Assembly (NCBI GenBank): GCA_964252035.1 | Contig: OZ176201.1 | Strand: one strand, 5' to 3' | Origin: Podarcis erhardii | Lineage: Eukaryota | DNA: 64,000 nt | Part shown: in pieces, positions 13,690-26,164 of the stretch | Position numbering within the stretch: the stretch's first letter is position 1 | How the letters are laid out: every line of letters begins with the position of its first letter | The notes under the pieces: model-generated | Told to the model about the DNA's origin: nothing | Database searches by the model: none | Seen by the model: only the letters and a program-made list of their open reading frames with translations | Position numbers and translations under genes: made by a program

Positions 13690-13790
13690 GATCTCTGCTT
13701 ACCTGATCCTTTTTACCTGGAGATTCTGAACCCTGAGACCTTCTGCACACAAAGCACACACTCTACGACTCTGCTACAATCCTTCCTCAG
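13690..13790 (-). mobile_element. Degenerate tRNA-derived SINE fragment
   Basis: CCTTTTTACCTGGAGAT..GAACCCTGAGACCTTCTGCACACAAAGC matches the reverse complement of the same SINE head family. Confidence 0.45.
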
Positions 13791-14256
13791 TATGTTGTGT
13801 GCATCTCTTTGAGCCTTATGCCATTAACTGAAGCTATAAACCTCAGAATGATACATACAATCAGCCTATTTATAACTTAACTTTTGGGTCATGGAGACTT
13901 GTGGTCTCTACCTTAGTAAAATTAGGTAGTACAGTAAAGAAATAGTGTGCTTAATCTAGGAGACAGAGATGACCTTTTTTTGAAGGGGAAAAAAAAGAAA
14001 TCATATATATTTAATGTAGGCACAAGTTCCTTTTTGGAATAAAAAATTCATTGATGTGTGCTCTCTGACTAATCTCAGCAATACCTGGTAGTTTTCTCTC
14101 ATCTTTAAATATTTCTTAGAACAAATAGATTTAGGTACTTGGGTGTTCATGCCTTCCTTTTCTGTATGGGGTCTATCTATGCTGTCAGAGCAGCTATTTG
14201 TTTCCTGTTCTTTTCAAACTAGAAAACTAGAAATATTTGATTCAAGAAACATAGTT

Positions 14257-14487
14257 CCAGTTACAGATAGGTAGCCGTGTTGGTCTGCCATAGTCAAAAC
14301 AAAACAAATTCCTTCCAGTAGCACCTTAAAGACCAACTAAGTCAGTTCTTGGTATGAGCTTTCGTGTGCATGCACACTTCTTCAGATACACAGTGTATCT
14401 GAAGAAGTGTGCATGCACACGAAAGCTCATACCAAGAACTGACTTAGTTGGTCTTTAAGGTGCTACTGGAAGGAATTTGTTTTGTTT
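14257..14487. mobile_element. Penelope-like retroelement 3'-end insertion, head-to-head inverted duplication, 16-bp TSD
   Basis: Perfect arms 14297-14391 and 14393-14487; TSD TTCAAGAAACATAGTT at 14241-14256 and 14486-14501; sequence matches the reptile PLE terminus pattern (CTGAAGAAG...CACGAAAGCTC...TTAGTTGGTCT.TAAGGTGCTAC). Confidence 0.88.
14395..14432 (+). ncRNA. Minimal type I hammerhead ribozyme motif (PLE-associated); mirror copy on the minus strand at 14352-14389
   Basis: Stem I GTAT(14395-98)/ATAC(14429-32); core CUGAAGA 14399-14405; stem II GTGTGC-AT-GCACAC; GAAA 14421-24; palindromic AGCU in place of stem III; predicted cleavage after C14428. Activity untested. Confidence 0.7.
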
Positions 14488-14995
14488 CAAGAAACATAGT
14501 TAACAATCTGATGCAAAAAATTGCTACAACAAACTCTGGAGACTTCATAAGCTACTCTTTAATTGGGGAATTCAAAAGATTTCTGCAGCACTTCTCAACT
14601 TCCAGTTGGTTCATTGAAAGCCATAATCTCACTAGTGATCTGCTTCTGTTCATGTGGAACAACATAGCTAACCTCACTTTGATCAGCTGTGGAGGAACAT
14701 GCTGAATTTGCCCATCCTAATAGAGCTAAGGAGGAAGAAGTCAATGAAAGCTATGTTGACAAAAGAAGTCAATGAAAGCTATGAGGGCGATAGCTTTAGC
14801 TCAAAAGCTCAGTATCATAACCCATCACAAGCCAGTTAAAGTGCCTGGACTTGCTGGATCAGCAGTGTCAAGTTCTAGGTTTTATGAGAGGCTGAATGTA
14901 TTTTCAAGTATTGTTATATGAAGCAAAATTATTCCTGGGAGGCATAACACTTTTCCACATTTTTTCCAGCTGCTCACAGATCTCATTTGTCAACC

Positions 14996-15124
14996 NNNNN
15001 NNNNNNNNNNNNNNNNNNNNNNNNNNNNNNNNNNNNNNNNNNNNNNNNNNNNNNNNNNNNNNNNNNNNNNNNNNNNNNNNNNNNNNNNNNNNNNNNNNNN
15101 NNNNNNNNNNNNNNNNNNNNNNNN
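14996..15124. other. Assembly gap (129 N)
   Basis: Run of N. Confidence 0.99.
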
Positions 15125-15338
15125 TTCAATCAATGATCACAGGGATAACAGATTTTTCATTTCACAGCTCTCCATAACCAATCTGACTTGGCTCAGTGAC
15201 AATATCAATAAGGGTAAATGAAGACCTTCCATTACCTTCACTCTGACTGAGAAGGAAATATATTTGTCTGTTTGTTTGTTTATATTACATTTATATACCA
15301 CCTTTATCTTCCAAGGCTCTCAAGGTGGTGGACATGGT

Positions 15339-15341
<3 letters not shown>

Positions 15342-15387
<46 letters not shown>
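15342..15387. repeat. (CA)n microsatellite
   Basis: Direct reading. Confidence 0.97.
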
Positions 15388-15389
<2 letters not shown>

Positions 15390-15521
15390 CAACCTCACAA
15401 CAACCCTGTGAGGTAGATTAGGCCTAAGAGATGTTGCCTGGCCCACGTTCACCCAGTGAGTTTCATGGCTGAGTGGAGATTCAAACCCTGGCCTCCCAGG
15501 TCCTGGTCCAAAGCTCTAGCC

Positions 15522-15748
15522 CAAGGGTCAGCAACCTGCAGCCCACGGAGGTCATTTAAACAGCCCCCGAACCGTCCCCATACCGAGCCGGCCGCTTGGC
15601 GAGACACAACCCCCCCCCCCTGCGCTGCACTAAACTGGCGCAGCACAGAGGGGGAACTTGCTTCTGCAGCACTGGAAATCTCATGTCTGCGCAGACGTGA
15701 TCCAGCCCACGGAATCACCCAGGCGAGGTAAACCTTGCTGACCTTGCG
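15522..15748. mobile_element. hAT (Charlie/Buster-type) MITE nested in the SINE
   Basis: TIR CAAGGGTCAGCAA / TTGCTGACCTTG; direct repeat GCTCTAGCC at 15513-15521 and 15749-15757; CpG-rich. Confidence 0.85.
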
Positions 15749-16203
15749 GCTCTAGCCATTACGCCTCACTGGTAATAGGGAACACAGCCCTATTGTGCAT
15801 GCAATATGGCTGACATTCTGTGCCTTGTCATGCTTCAGTGGCAGTCTCACTACACACCTGCGGTGTCCAGCAAAACCTTTGCCCTAATCCAGCCCCTGCC
15901 ATATGCAGTTATGGGTACCTAGTTAGGGCAGAACATTGGTAACCAGGAAAACTCAGGTGCACACTCATCCCATTGAAAGTCATGCAGTACAGATGGATGA
16001 CATCTGTATTTAGATGCAAATCCTCTGCCTCGGCATAATATTCATTTATATAATGAACATGCTTACTACTAAGTGAGTCTATTAAACCTAGAGCAGTTTG
16101 TTCTGATTGACATTGACTCTCCCTTTTGCTGGAAATGCCACGAATTGAACCAGGGACATTCTGCCCACACGGAAACAGAGAATAATGTTACCTTTACCAC
16201 TAA

Positions 16204-16554
16204 AGGTAAAGGTAAAGGGACCCCTGACCATTAGGTCCAGTTGTGTCCGACTCTGGGGTTGCGGCGCTCATCTCACTTTATTGGCCGAGGGAGCCAGTGT
16301 ACAGCTTCCGGGTCATGTGGCCAGCATGACTAAGCTGCTTCTGGCGAACCAGAGCAGCGCACGGAAACACCATTTACCTTCCTGCCAGAGTGGTACCAAT
16401 TATCTACTTGCACTTTGAAGTGCTTTCAAACTGCTAGGTTGGCAGGAGCAGGAATCGAGCAAAGGGAGCTCACCCCATCGCAGGGATTCGAACTGCTGAC
16501 CTTCTGATCGGCAAGTCCTAGGCTCTGTGGTTTAACCCACAGCGCCACCCGAGC
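16204..16554 (-). mobile_element. Sauria SINE, full length
   Basis: (GGTAAA)n tail (reverse complement), diagnostic body, tRNA-like head with box B; TSD TTACCACTAA at 16194-16203 and 16555-16564. Confidence 0.95.
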
Positions 16555-17034
16555 TTACCACTAAGACCCCCTAAATGAGATTGAATTGGCCGAGGAAGAC
16601 CCATTGCATCTCTTCTCCCTGACCTGGAGTCCTTATGACTTATCGTTTCCTCTTGAGGACCTTGTTGATACCCATTTCTCAGGCTAGCTAAGAACACTGA
16701 TGCTGAAGGCAGAATTTTGAAAAAAAACTGCAATGTCTTCATCCCTTACTTTTGAGTAGACAGGGATAGGGCCCTGGTGTCATCATAACTGGAGGCTTTT
16801 GGAACGAGTATTTTACTGTTTTGGCATGTTATCATGATGCTGTTTATTGGTATTTTATGTTAATAGCTTTGGAGAGCTGCCCAACTGTACAGAAGTGTTA
16901 TAGATAAATAAAGCATAGTTCTTAGTCTGCACAACCTTTTTTTACTGTCACTTTAAGACTGAAATAGATTTCAGAAAAAGACTAAACACGGTGGTGTCTC
17001 CCAACCAGAAGCATCTATTGCTCCCGTTTTAATT

Positions 17035-17090
17035 GAATTCACTCTGAGGAAAGAGTTCTGTGTAACTTAAAAGCTTACATACCACTTTAG
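17035..17090 (+). mobile_element. Decayed Penelope-like terminus with degenerate hammerhead motif
   Basis: CTGAGGA-AAGAGTT-CTGTGT-AACTT-AAAAGCTTAC: same architecture as 14399-14432 but GAAA has become AAAA. Confidence 0.45.
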
Positions 17091-17785
17091 GAGCTTTCAG
17101 ATAAGGGTGTTAGTTTACTATCCCTGTATTTTTTTGTTGCTTTTCTGTTCCTCACACACATACTCTGATATATTACATTTTTGCACTAGCTATAGGTATT
17201 TGCCACAGCCTTCTCTTTCAACTTATATCTCAGTGTGCATATGTATTGGATTTGAAATTGTTTTTGCATATGAAATTGTTTTTAATTGTTTACATACGGG
17301 ATTGCTTTTCATTGTTTTCATTGTTGGTTTTTTCACTTCAAAATTCCTTTGAGATATTTCAGGGGAAGAGATTCATAAACGGAATCAAACAAATAAATAG
17401 TAGGGACAATTAATGATAAAAAACTGCATTATTTTTATTTATTTAGAAGAACAAGGTAGGGATGATACTCTGTTTTGGTATCATCAAGCCCTGGCTCGAT
17501 TATTCAGTCACTAGGAAAACACACTCTGCATATGTTCAGAGGCAATAACTGGCCTGAAAAGTTGCAGATAATGCTAATACAGCTACTGATATGATCACTG
17601 GCATGGAATGAAGGATGGCTGTGGTTATTTACTGGGTGGAGGAGAGTATGCCCAAGGGCAAGAAAAATGTGCAGGTGTGCTGAAATGATGCACTATGTTC
17701 ACAAATCACTATAACCCCACCAACTCCAAAATTCACCAGGTGCCACTAGCTGAAACATTGCCATTAGGTCTGTCTATGGTCTATA

Positions 17786-17937
17786 GGGAAGGACCTCAGC
17801 TCAGTGGTACAGCATCTGCTTTGTAGGCAGAAACTCCAGCATCTTTCCAGGTGAAAGGTGTGAAATCATCGAAGGCTGCTGCCAATCAGTGTCAATAATA
17901 CTGTGGTGGATGAACTAAGGGTCTGACTCAGGGTCTG
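17786..17937 (+). mobile_element. tRNA-head/CR1-tail squamate SINE (degenerate)
   Basis: CTCAGCTCAGTGGTACAGCATCTGCTTTG head; GCTGCCAATCAGTGTCAATAATACTG...GGTCTGACTCAG tail. Confidence 0.65.
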
Positions 17938-19176
17938 ACCTTCCTCTTTTTCTATCTATCCAGACCCTTCAATAGGATACAAGCACAGAAAACTAGAATA
18001 CAAGGTTATAGGTAGTCACCAATACATGGTTTAACTTTAAAAACAGAATTGTAGAAACGGAAGGAACCACGAGTGTCATCTAGTCTAATCCTGCCCCCAA
18101 ATACTCCAAATCGATATTTAATTAGACCAAAATGATCCAAAAGACATGCACGCACAACCACACAAACACCAAAGGTCTGTAGTTAGCGCAAAGAAAATGA
18201 AACAAAACTGCTACCAAAAAAAAAAAAAAAAGTGAAGCAAGAAATGGATTCCTTGAAGAACTATTCTCCCGCACCTCCCTGCCGCTTCCCAAAGATGAAT
18301 GAGATGACAGATGTTTTAGTAAAATCATTAAGACGTGATAGAAATAATTTTTGGAGATGTTAGTTAAATTCCTTGCTGACTGGGCCACATGATATATGAC
18401 AACACAATTTCCACCCAAGGTGATGGTGAGGGAGGCGGGGGGGAATTAACTCTTGAAAAGTTAGGTCCAAAAGGAGGAAACTGAAGCAAAGCCGTGCTGC
18501 TCTCGGAGTTACTTGGGCTGAATGATATTGACAAAAAGGTAAATATAAATATACCTGCGTGCAGGTTTAGATCTGGGCTTTGGGGTAGGTGTTTATTAAT
18601 ATCATGAAGATATGATTCTTAATGATCTGGGAACAGAGACCTATATAGGGGCTTGAGTAATGGCATTGTCTCGTTGCTTGCATACTTTGTGCTTTTGTCT
18701 CAGACAGGTTCATTTTTCACTGGAGGGGAAAGGTTCACACCGCACGAGGGGGGTAACCAGTTGATGTTACAAGGCTGACGATTAGCCCCCTTGCTGTTCC
18801 ACATGACACTGGGAAGGACTCCAACAGGCAACCTTAATGCCTGTTTCAGCATCTTGAAGAAATTAATGAACACAGCTTCGATGGCAAAACATTTCAATCA
18901 GCCCCTACCAGCTGTGCTTACAATTTATTTTTATTTATTTATATTTTTTTTAAAAAACCCACAGGTTTATTAATAAATAAAAAAGTTGAAAAGCATAAGA
19001 GTCCTTTTAAAAAAAAAAAAAATCTATTTTGGAAGGGGATGGAGAGAGGTAGGTGAGAGTAATAGAGAAAGCGAAGGACAATGGTGGCTCGTGCCAAAGG
19101 ATGTGTTACAGCCCTGTGTTTGTTGAACAAATTAAGCACGTTCTGGTTTTTCACCTGCTGAAGTAGCAGCCGTGCA

Positions 19177-19364
19177 NNNNNNNNNNNNNNNNNNNNNNNN
19201 NNNNNNNNNNNNNNNNNNNNNNNNNNNNNNNNNNNNNNNNNNNNNNNNNNNNNNNNNNNNNNNNNNNNNNNNNNNNNNNNNNNNNNNNNNNNNNNNNNNN
19301 NNNNNNNNNNNNNNNNNNNNNNNNNNNNNNNNNNNNNNNNNNNNNNNNNNNNNNNNNNNNNNNN
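19177..19364. other. Assembly gap (188 N)
   Basis: Run of N. Confidence 0.99.
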
Positions 19365-22300
19365 ATTTGATTAACTGGATGATGGGACACTTATCAAGTT
19401 CACTGGACTGCTAGGCTATGAGGAAGCTGACAGGGGAAATGGGGCGGTCCAGGCACTCACACAGCACTGGAATATTACCCTGCATTATTGATAACAGAAG
19501 CCAATGGACTTAAGAAAGTGAACTCTGTGTGCCGTCTCTAAAGGGGCATTTCAGCTGGGTGATATGTGATGGTCTGCTTATAATAGCCTTTACAGACGAT
19601 AGCACTGTGTCATTACTCCCTCAGTGGGGGGAAAGAGCCACAAGCAATGGCAAGCAGCTAGTTAAATCGGAAATTTACACTCTCCAGCTGCTTCCAGAAG
19701 AAGAAGAAAAATGTTCGCACAATAACAGTAAGAAGGAACAATGCAAGCCATGTGGAATCAAGTTTATTGTAATACATCACAGACATTATTTTACATTAGA
19801 TTGCCACTGATGAAAGGTACATTCTTTACACCTGGCTTTCGGTCCATTGTTTCTCTTGCAAGTGGGATGTAAAATTAGTCCTTTTGTTTTAACATTTGGA
19901 CTTAGGATAAAAGAGAGAATTTGGGGGGGGGGGAGAGAATGTATGAATATATTTATTCTTAATTTAATAATAATAAAGAGATCAAGGGAAAGCCAGCAAG
20001 ACTGAGATCCTTCTGACCAAATGATTGCTGACATCTCTGGAAGCTGGAACAGAGGGATGGTGGAAGGGTGCATGAGGGAAATAGTGTGCTCCTTGATTAC
20101 AGGAAAGCAAAAGAACTGGAAATGATAGACATTGCTTTACATGGCCAATGGACTTGGCAACATACATAGTCTGTCCCAGTGAGTGGTGACTACCTAATTT
20201 GCCTTCCTAATCTTTCACATTTAAACGCTCTGTTCATCATTCCATTTAATTGCCTCATCTATCAGTGTGCAGGAGAGCAGTTCCTTGCCCAGAGAAGCTT
20301 ACAATCAGCGCAGTGCCATTCCCTGCTGTGCCTTCCCAAAAGGTATCCGGACAGGACTGCTTTTGCAAAAGGACAGGAAGTGAGGCAAGAAGTCTATTCC
20401 TCTCAAGGAGAACTGGCAATTGCCAAGAAGGAGGAGGAGCAGGCAGAAGCTATAAATGGTCTGCTGCCACCCTGCTACCCACCCTCCTGTGGGGAGACAG
20501 GGAAGATAATATCTGACTACGTCAATTGCAAAAGGGCTGGAGTGGTCAGATATTAGACTACGCTCTACTGGTAGATCTTTGGGTAATTTGAAGTAGATCG
20601 GCAATGGCAATGTAAAATGGCTGCCCCACCCCTTACATTATTCTACTGAAATGGAGAAACCATGGGGTGATTGTGGGTGGTGGTGGAAGGAAGGACTTAT
20701 GAGCTCAGTTCGGTTCTCAAACTCCATACAAATTCCTGGATTCAGAATTCTGTACTTCTAAGTTTACGAGTTTTGAACTTGGCTCCAGTTATTGAATCTC
20801 AGGGTTCTGGGGATCTTCCCAGCCTTGCAGTAAGGCTTTTGGGCAAGAGGGGGTTGAGCCTAGCCTGATTTCATAAGCTAGAACATGTTACAGCATTTAA
20901 AAAATAAGTAATAATAAAGGTGGTAAAATGCATTATAAGTCCAGATCCAAATAAACAAGGGACCAGTTATATGATTCCAAGATGCTTTAGAAGGTATAGG
21001 CTGTGTATACACAAAACTTTTGCAACAAAAAACATTCTTTCCCTTGAAGAATTCTGGGCACAGTAGTTTGCCCCACAAAGAGTTCCAGTTCCCAATAACC
21101 CTTAACAAACTACAGTGCCCAGAATTCTTTGAGGGGACAAATGTGTTTAGAATGTGCTTTAAAGGTATAGTGTATACTTAGGATTGTTTCCATTTCCTAA
21201 TAATAGCTCTCCCTTCCTCACATGCCAAACCGCTTTTGAAACTGAGATGAATTTCAGAATCAGTAGTGATATGGTCCAAGAGCCTGGTCAGCTGTTCAGA
21301 GGCAAACAAAGGGAAACAAAATTTCCATTGAACTGCAGCAAGCTCCATGCTGGGGCCTAATTAGCTGGTTTGATTCTCAGCATAGCTAAAAGGGCTTCCT
21401 TTCAGTGCCTCAGTTATGGGGGGAAGGTGGGGAAAATTCCTGGAGTCACAAAAATGAAGTAGTCCTACTTCCTCAAAAGGGTCTTCCATTGGTGAAGGTT
21501 TTCAGACTTGGCTTTTAGTTTTCAAGAGTGCTTTGCCACTTGCAATCAGGACAAAAATAGACACAAGGTCAGGGGAGGGGGGACAGATTCTATGCAGAAC
21601 AGAAGAACATTTCAGCCATAGAAATACAGTAATAACCACCAGCTTGGCTGAATTTACCACCGTGCCCATTATTTGCACAACTTTCAAGCGATTCTAGTGA
21701 GCGGAGTCAATAGAGGATGAGCATTCTGCCAGACCATGCCCTCAGCAAATGAAGCCTTTTGAGTACATTAGGGTCTTACTAGTTTCTCTTTAAAGAGACA
21801 TCAAGTCATTTGGGTGTATGTCAATAAAAGCCCACCTGGAAGAAGGAATTACAGAGCAGTGGGGAGGAAGCAGAGATTACTCGATCCTTTGTGTTTTCAT
21901 TTATTTTAAATCTGCATGTTGTTAAAACAAATGTAAAAATTAGCCATATGGAGACTGAGTTGTGGTACAGTATCTTCATCTGTCACCACATTTGGAGAAA
22001 ACACACATGCACAGTGCTGGCACTGAGTCTAGGAGGGAAGGAAAACAGCACACAAGGCAACAGTCCCAAATATATGCACATGCTTTTGACCTCATGGGAT
22101 GGTAACTTATGATTATTTCATAAATATACAATGAAAACCAGGCAGATTGTTGCTGCTGGGATATATTTTAAAGATCAACATCTTATCAGAAAGGCAGATT
22201 GTGATTCTCACCAGCACATCCTGCAGTTTAATTCAGTACAGCTTGCCCAAATGAAATACACCCCTACGCACCTTATTTTGAATTCAAACCTTAGACCCAG

Positions 22301-22984
22301 TACATGTAAGACAGGGGCTTAATAGCTTTCCAAACTCTCATTTGGCCTCCGTTATACAACCAGCTGACACTGAAAATAATTAATGCCCTTTAGGACTCAC
22401 ATCTGCTCCTATGCTTCCATGTCAAGGCTTTTAATTGGGCTATTTTGGCATTTGGAGACAATGGCAAGGTGAAATAACCTTTCTTTAATATTTGTGAGGT
22501 CAGAAGCTAGTCCTGCCAAAGGTCACCCTTCAGGTTCACAAATGAGTCATTTGTATCACCTAATGAAATCTGTGACTTGCAAATTGCATGGGGATATGTT
22601 ATAGTGCATTAATTAGTCCATGTGATGAATACGGAATTCATCATTAGTGGTTGCAGCTTCTGCAGGCGTGCCAATACTTGTTTTGGTGGGCTGAGATAGC
22701 TGATTATATTACATATTCTCCTGCTAAGTGTGGCCTTTAATATCCGGAATTGTTTGCCGCTCCCCAAAGTGACAAGGATGAACTACTCCACTTCTGTGTG
22801 GATACATTGACCTTTCATTTGTATTTCTTGTAAAAAGCCATATATTTCTACACTGGCTGCATTTGGACATCACAATAAACTATGGTTGGTCATGATGGGA
22901 ATGAGCTAAGCTATTGCACTCCCACCTCTTGATTCTTCTTCTGGAGCAGCTGCCAAGAGGAGAGTGGAAGCTTCCAATGCCATG

Positions 22985-23415
22985 TTAGATTATTTTTATT
23001 ATTACATTTATGTATCACTCATCATCCCAAAGGAAGATGATGTACAGCATAGTCTGATTAAACACTAACAATTTGATCAATGAAACAACTGATCTCTTTA
23101 ATAATAAAAAAAATCCCAGCCAATTTCCCTAACAATTGGACACCAAATCCTCTTCATTCCCCCAAAGAAATGGGGGAACAAGTGTGATTTCCAATTGTGC
23201 CTAAATGTTAATGCTAAGAGGGACAAGCGTAGTTCCAAGGGGAGGGAATTCCACAATCAGGGTGCTACGGTGGAGAAATTCATCCCACATCACCATGCAG
23301 CAGCCCCTAGCCATGTCCTCCACAAATCCCAAGACCTGGGTCAGCAGATATTGGAAGAAGGTGTTCCTCATGGTACCTGGGCCCAAAGCCTTTAAAGACA
23401 TTACATATCAGTTCT
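22985..23415 (-). mobile_element. L2 LINE 3' relic
   Basis: GGGAGGGAATTCCACAATCAGGGTGCTAC..GAGAA and TACCTGGGCCCAAAGCCTTTAAAG motifs typical of the L2 3' region on the minus strand; ATTTATT-type tail near 22990. Confidence 0.65.
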
Positions 23416-25738
23416 AAAGCCTTGAAGTGGGCTCAGTAGCATGCAGCCAGCCAAGAGAAGTGCTTTTAAGATGGGTGAGATATGGCCAGTCCAGCTCTAT
23501 TTAGCATATCACCCAAACCAAAAACTGTGATTAATCTTAACTATGGTTTGTTGAAAGAAGCAAACTTGAAGTTAAGATTAGCCACAGTCAGATTTGGATT
23601 ACACAAAAAGCTGCAGCCAAATAAAAATAAAAGATTTACTTAAAAACAAACAAAAAGAAGCATCTTTTATCATGATGTCCAAATGCAGCCAATGTGCTCA
23701 CTCTAGGGCTACTAACATTCGGCATTCACTGCTCTTTCTTTCCTGCTTTTTGGAGGAATTATGTTGGACAAGTGAGGGATCCAAGCCATCCATTTTACAA
23801 CCATAGTTCATGATGAATAGGATTGCCCTTGTTCTCCTGGCTCTAGCATGAATCTGGCACACAGGCCATTCAAAGAGCCCTGCCTTCTAGGACTGGGAGC
23901 TCAATTGGCACTTTTTCGTCATTGCTGCTCAATCCAATTTACAATTCTGTCCTGGTTGCATTACTGGGACCATGTTTTCTCTCTTGGTCACCAATCATGC
24001 CACTAATATAACTGCCCAGCACTGCCAACTTGCAACCCAGTGGCTGTGTTCACATGTTATGGTAAGTCATAAGTCATGGCTTCCTGTGAACAAGCAGCAG
24101 GCTGGTGCACACTGCAAGATCACTCCCTCTTCAGCATGAACAAACAAACCACAATCCTTGGCTCAGTGTGAAGCTTGAACCCAGAACTGTGGTTTGTTTT
24201 GAGCTAAACAAGCCATGATTATAAGCCAAGCTTTGCCCACCAGCCCTTCCCTGTTTTTGTGTGCTATGCCTTCCGCAAACCAATTGGCTCTTTCCAACTG
24301 GGGTGGTGGTGGTGTTATTGCTACCGAAACCTCTGACTATCCCAACATGTTAGCTTTCCATCCCCACTCTATGACACATGGAATATTTCTTAAATGCATA
24401 ATTCTCTTTTAAAGGAGTGATCAGAATACTATAATAAATAGAAGCCTACTTAGCCTATTCATCCTTACGTCTGAAAGGGGGGAGAAAACAATTCTCATGG
24501 AAAAATATAACTTTGAGCTGCTCTGTTCCCTATCTGCAATTACATCAAAATCACATTAATTGAGCTATAACACTGTCAGGCCCAGCAGCTGGAAGGCATA
24601 TCCATACATTCTAAAGAGACGGCCATTAATTCAGAGCTCCACTGTGTGGCAATGAAACAGAGATGTCCATTCCCCCAACATGATTTACTCTTTTTCAAGC
24701 TGCTTAAGTGGGAACCTCTACAAAAAGATTTAAGTTAAGTGACTCTTATGCTGTGCTGGAGCTCATTTATTATTGAATTAAATTTTCATTCCTTTTAAAG
24801 GGAAAAGAGAAATATCACTTTATATGAAACAAGGTAAAATTGTTCAAAGAAGGCAGCTATTACCATCAGCGATGGGAGTTTATATATAAAAAAAAAATTG
24901 CACAAGCATTTTTATTCTGCACTGATTACACATTCTGTGTGCATGTGTGCGTCTTCCTGTATATCTGCACAGATAAATATGGCGTAACTGTGCTCACATA
25001 AGTAAATTCACAAAAGTCCTCCTTTTCTATCTCCAATTTAAACATTCGTGGAAACAGCACAACTTGTGAGCCAGGCAATCGTGGATAAGCCTAGCAAATG
25101 ATTCTTGTCATTGTGGGGGATGGTAGTACATCCACTATGATTACAAGGTATTTGCTACTACTGGCTGTCTCCATAATTGCCTAGTTTGCACATTGGGCTG
25201 GATGCAAAGAAGGAGTTCAGTCATTGCTCTGCAGATGGTTGTGCAAGTGTGGGCAGATTATTGTGCACAACAATGTATGTGGAGCCGTGTTTGTACATGT
25301 TGGTACGCAGTGTGCGTATCGTTCCCCACTGGAAAGCAAGTCCTAATGGCCAAAGCACAAACAAACAGTCCCCCACTGACTCCTTTAAATCTCAAGCCCC
25401 GAGTGCAGAGCAAGCTGTTAGGGTTTGCTCTGAGCTCAGGGATCAGGGGTTCAAAACAGTTGTGCCTGCAAACCGTTGCTGCAAGTACCTTCCAATGGGG
25501 AACTGTGCACTCCAGCCATTACGTTTTGCTTTGAGGTAGGAAGCAACATGCATTCCATATGCAGAATGAATCCCCCCCCCCAATATAAATAGCTGAAAAT
25601 ATGGACCCTGGAGAGGGAAAGGAGGAGAGATCTCATGCAAATAGTGGTGAAAGGACTTTCACCAATGGAAGAACTTCATTGAATGTGACACTTTCCACTG
25701 AATCAGACACAGATTCAAGCCAATTATGTTTGTCTGTA

Positions 25739-26068
25739 TAGGGCTTGCTGATCTGAAGGTCGGTGGTTTGAATCCCCGCGGCGGGGTGAGCTCCCGTTGT
25801 TCGGTCCCAGCTCCTGCCAACCTAGCAGTTCAAAAGCACACAGTGCAAGTAGATAAATAGGGACCGCTCAGGTGGGAAGGTAAACGGCGTTTCCATGCGC
25901 TGCTCTGGTTCCACCAGAAGCAGCTTAGTCATGCTCGCCACATGACCTGGATAAACGGTCTGCGGAAGCGGAAAAATGCCGGCTCCCTTGGCCTTTAAAG
26001 TGAGATGAGCGCCGCAACCCCAGAGTTGTTCACGACTGGACTTAATTGTCAGGGGTCCCTTTACCTTT
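25739..26068 (+). mobile_element. Sauria SINE, slightly 5'-truncated
   Basis: Box B GGTTTGAATCC, diagnostic body, CCCTTTACCTTT tail; lacks box A; no clear TSD. Confidence 0.93.
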
Positions 26069-26104
26069 TTATATGGGCCAGCAGTTCAGGTTGACATGCC
26101 TCCG

Positions 26105-26148
<44 letters not shown>

Positions 26149-26149
26149 C
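26105..26149. repeat. (AAC)n microsatellite
   Basis: 15 units, direct reading. Confidence 0.97.
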
Positions 26150-26164
26150 TTTAGTGAACTTTTT

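Larger units (their letters stand above)
15271..15772 (-). mobile_element. MIR-like tRNA/L2-tailed squamate SINE interrupted by a (CA)n tract and a hAT MITE
   Basis: Minus strand: CCAGTGAGGCGTAATGGCTAGAGC head, GGACCTGGGAGGCCAGGGTTTGAATC box B, CTCACAGGGTTGTTGTGAGG core, CCACCTTGAG...ATATAAATGTAA + (AAAC)n tail. Confidence 0.8.

Noticed and set aside
20179-20556. 125-aa plus-strand ORF
   Set aside because: No homology recognised; overlaps non-coding-looking ATTA-rich sequence
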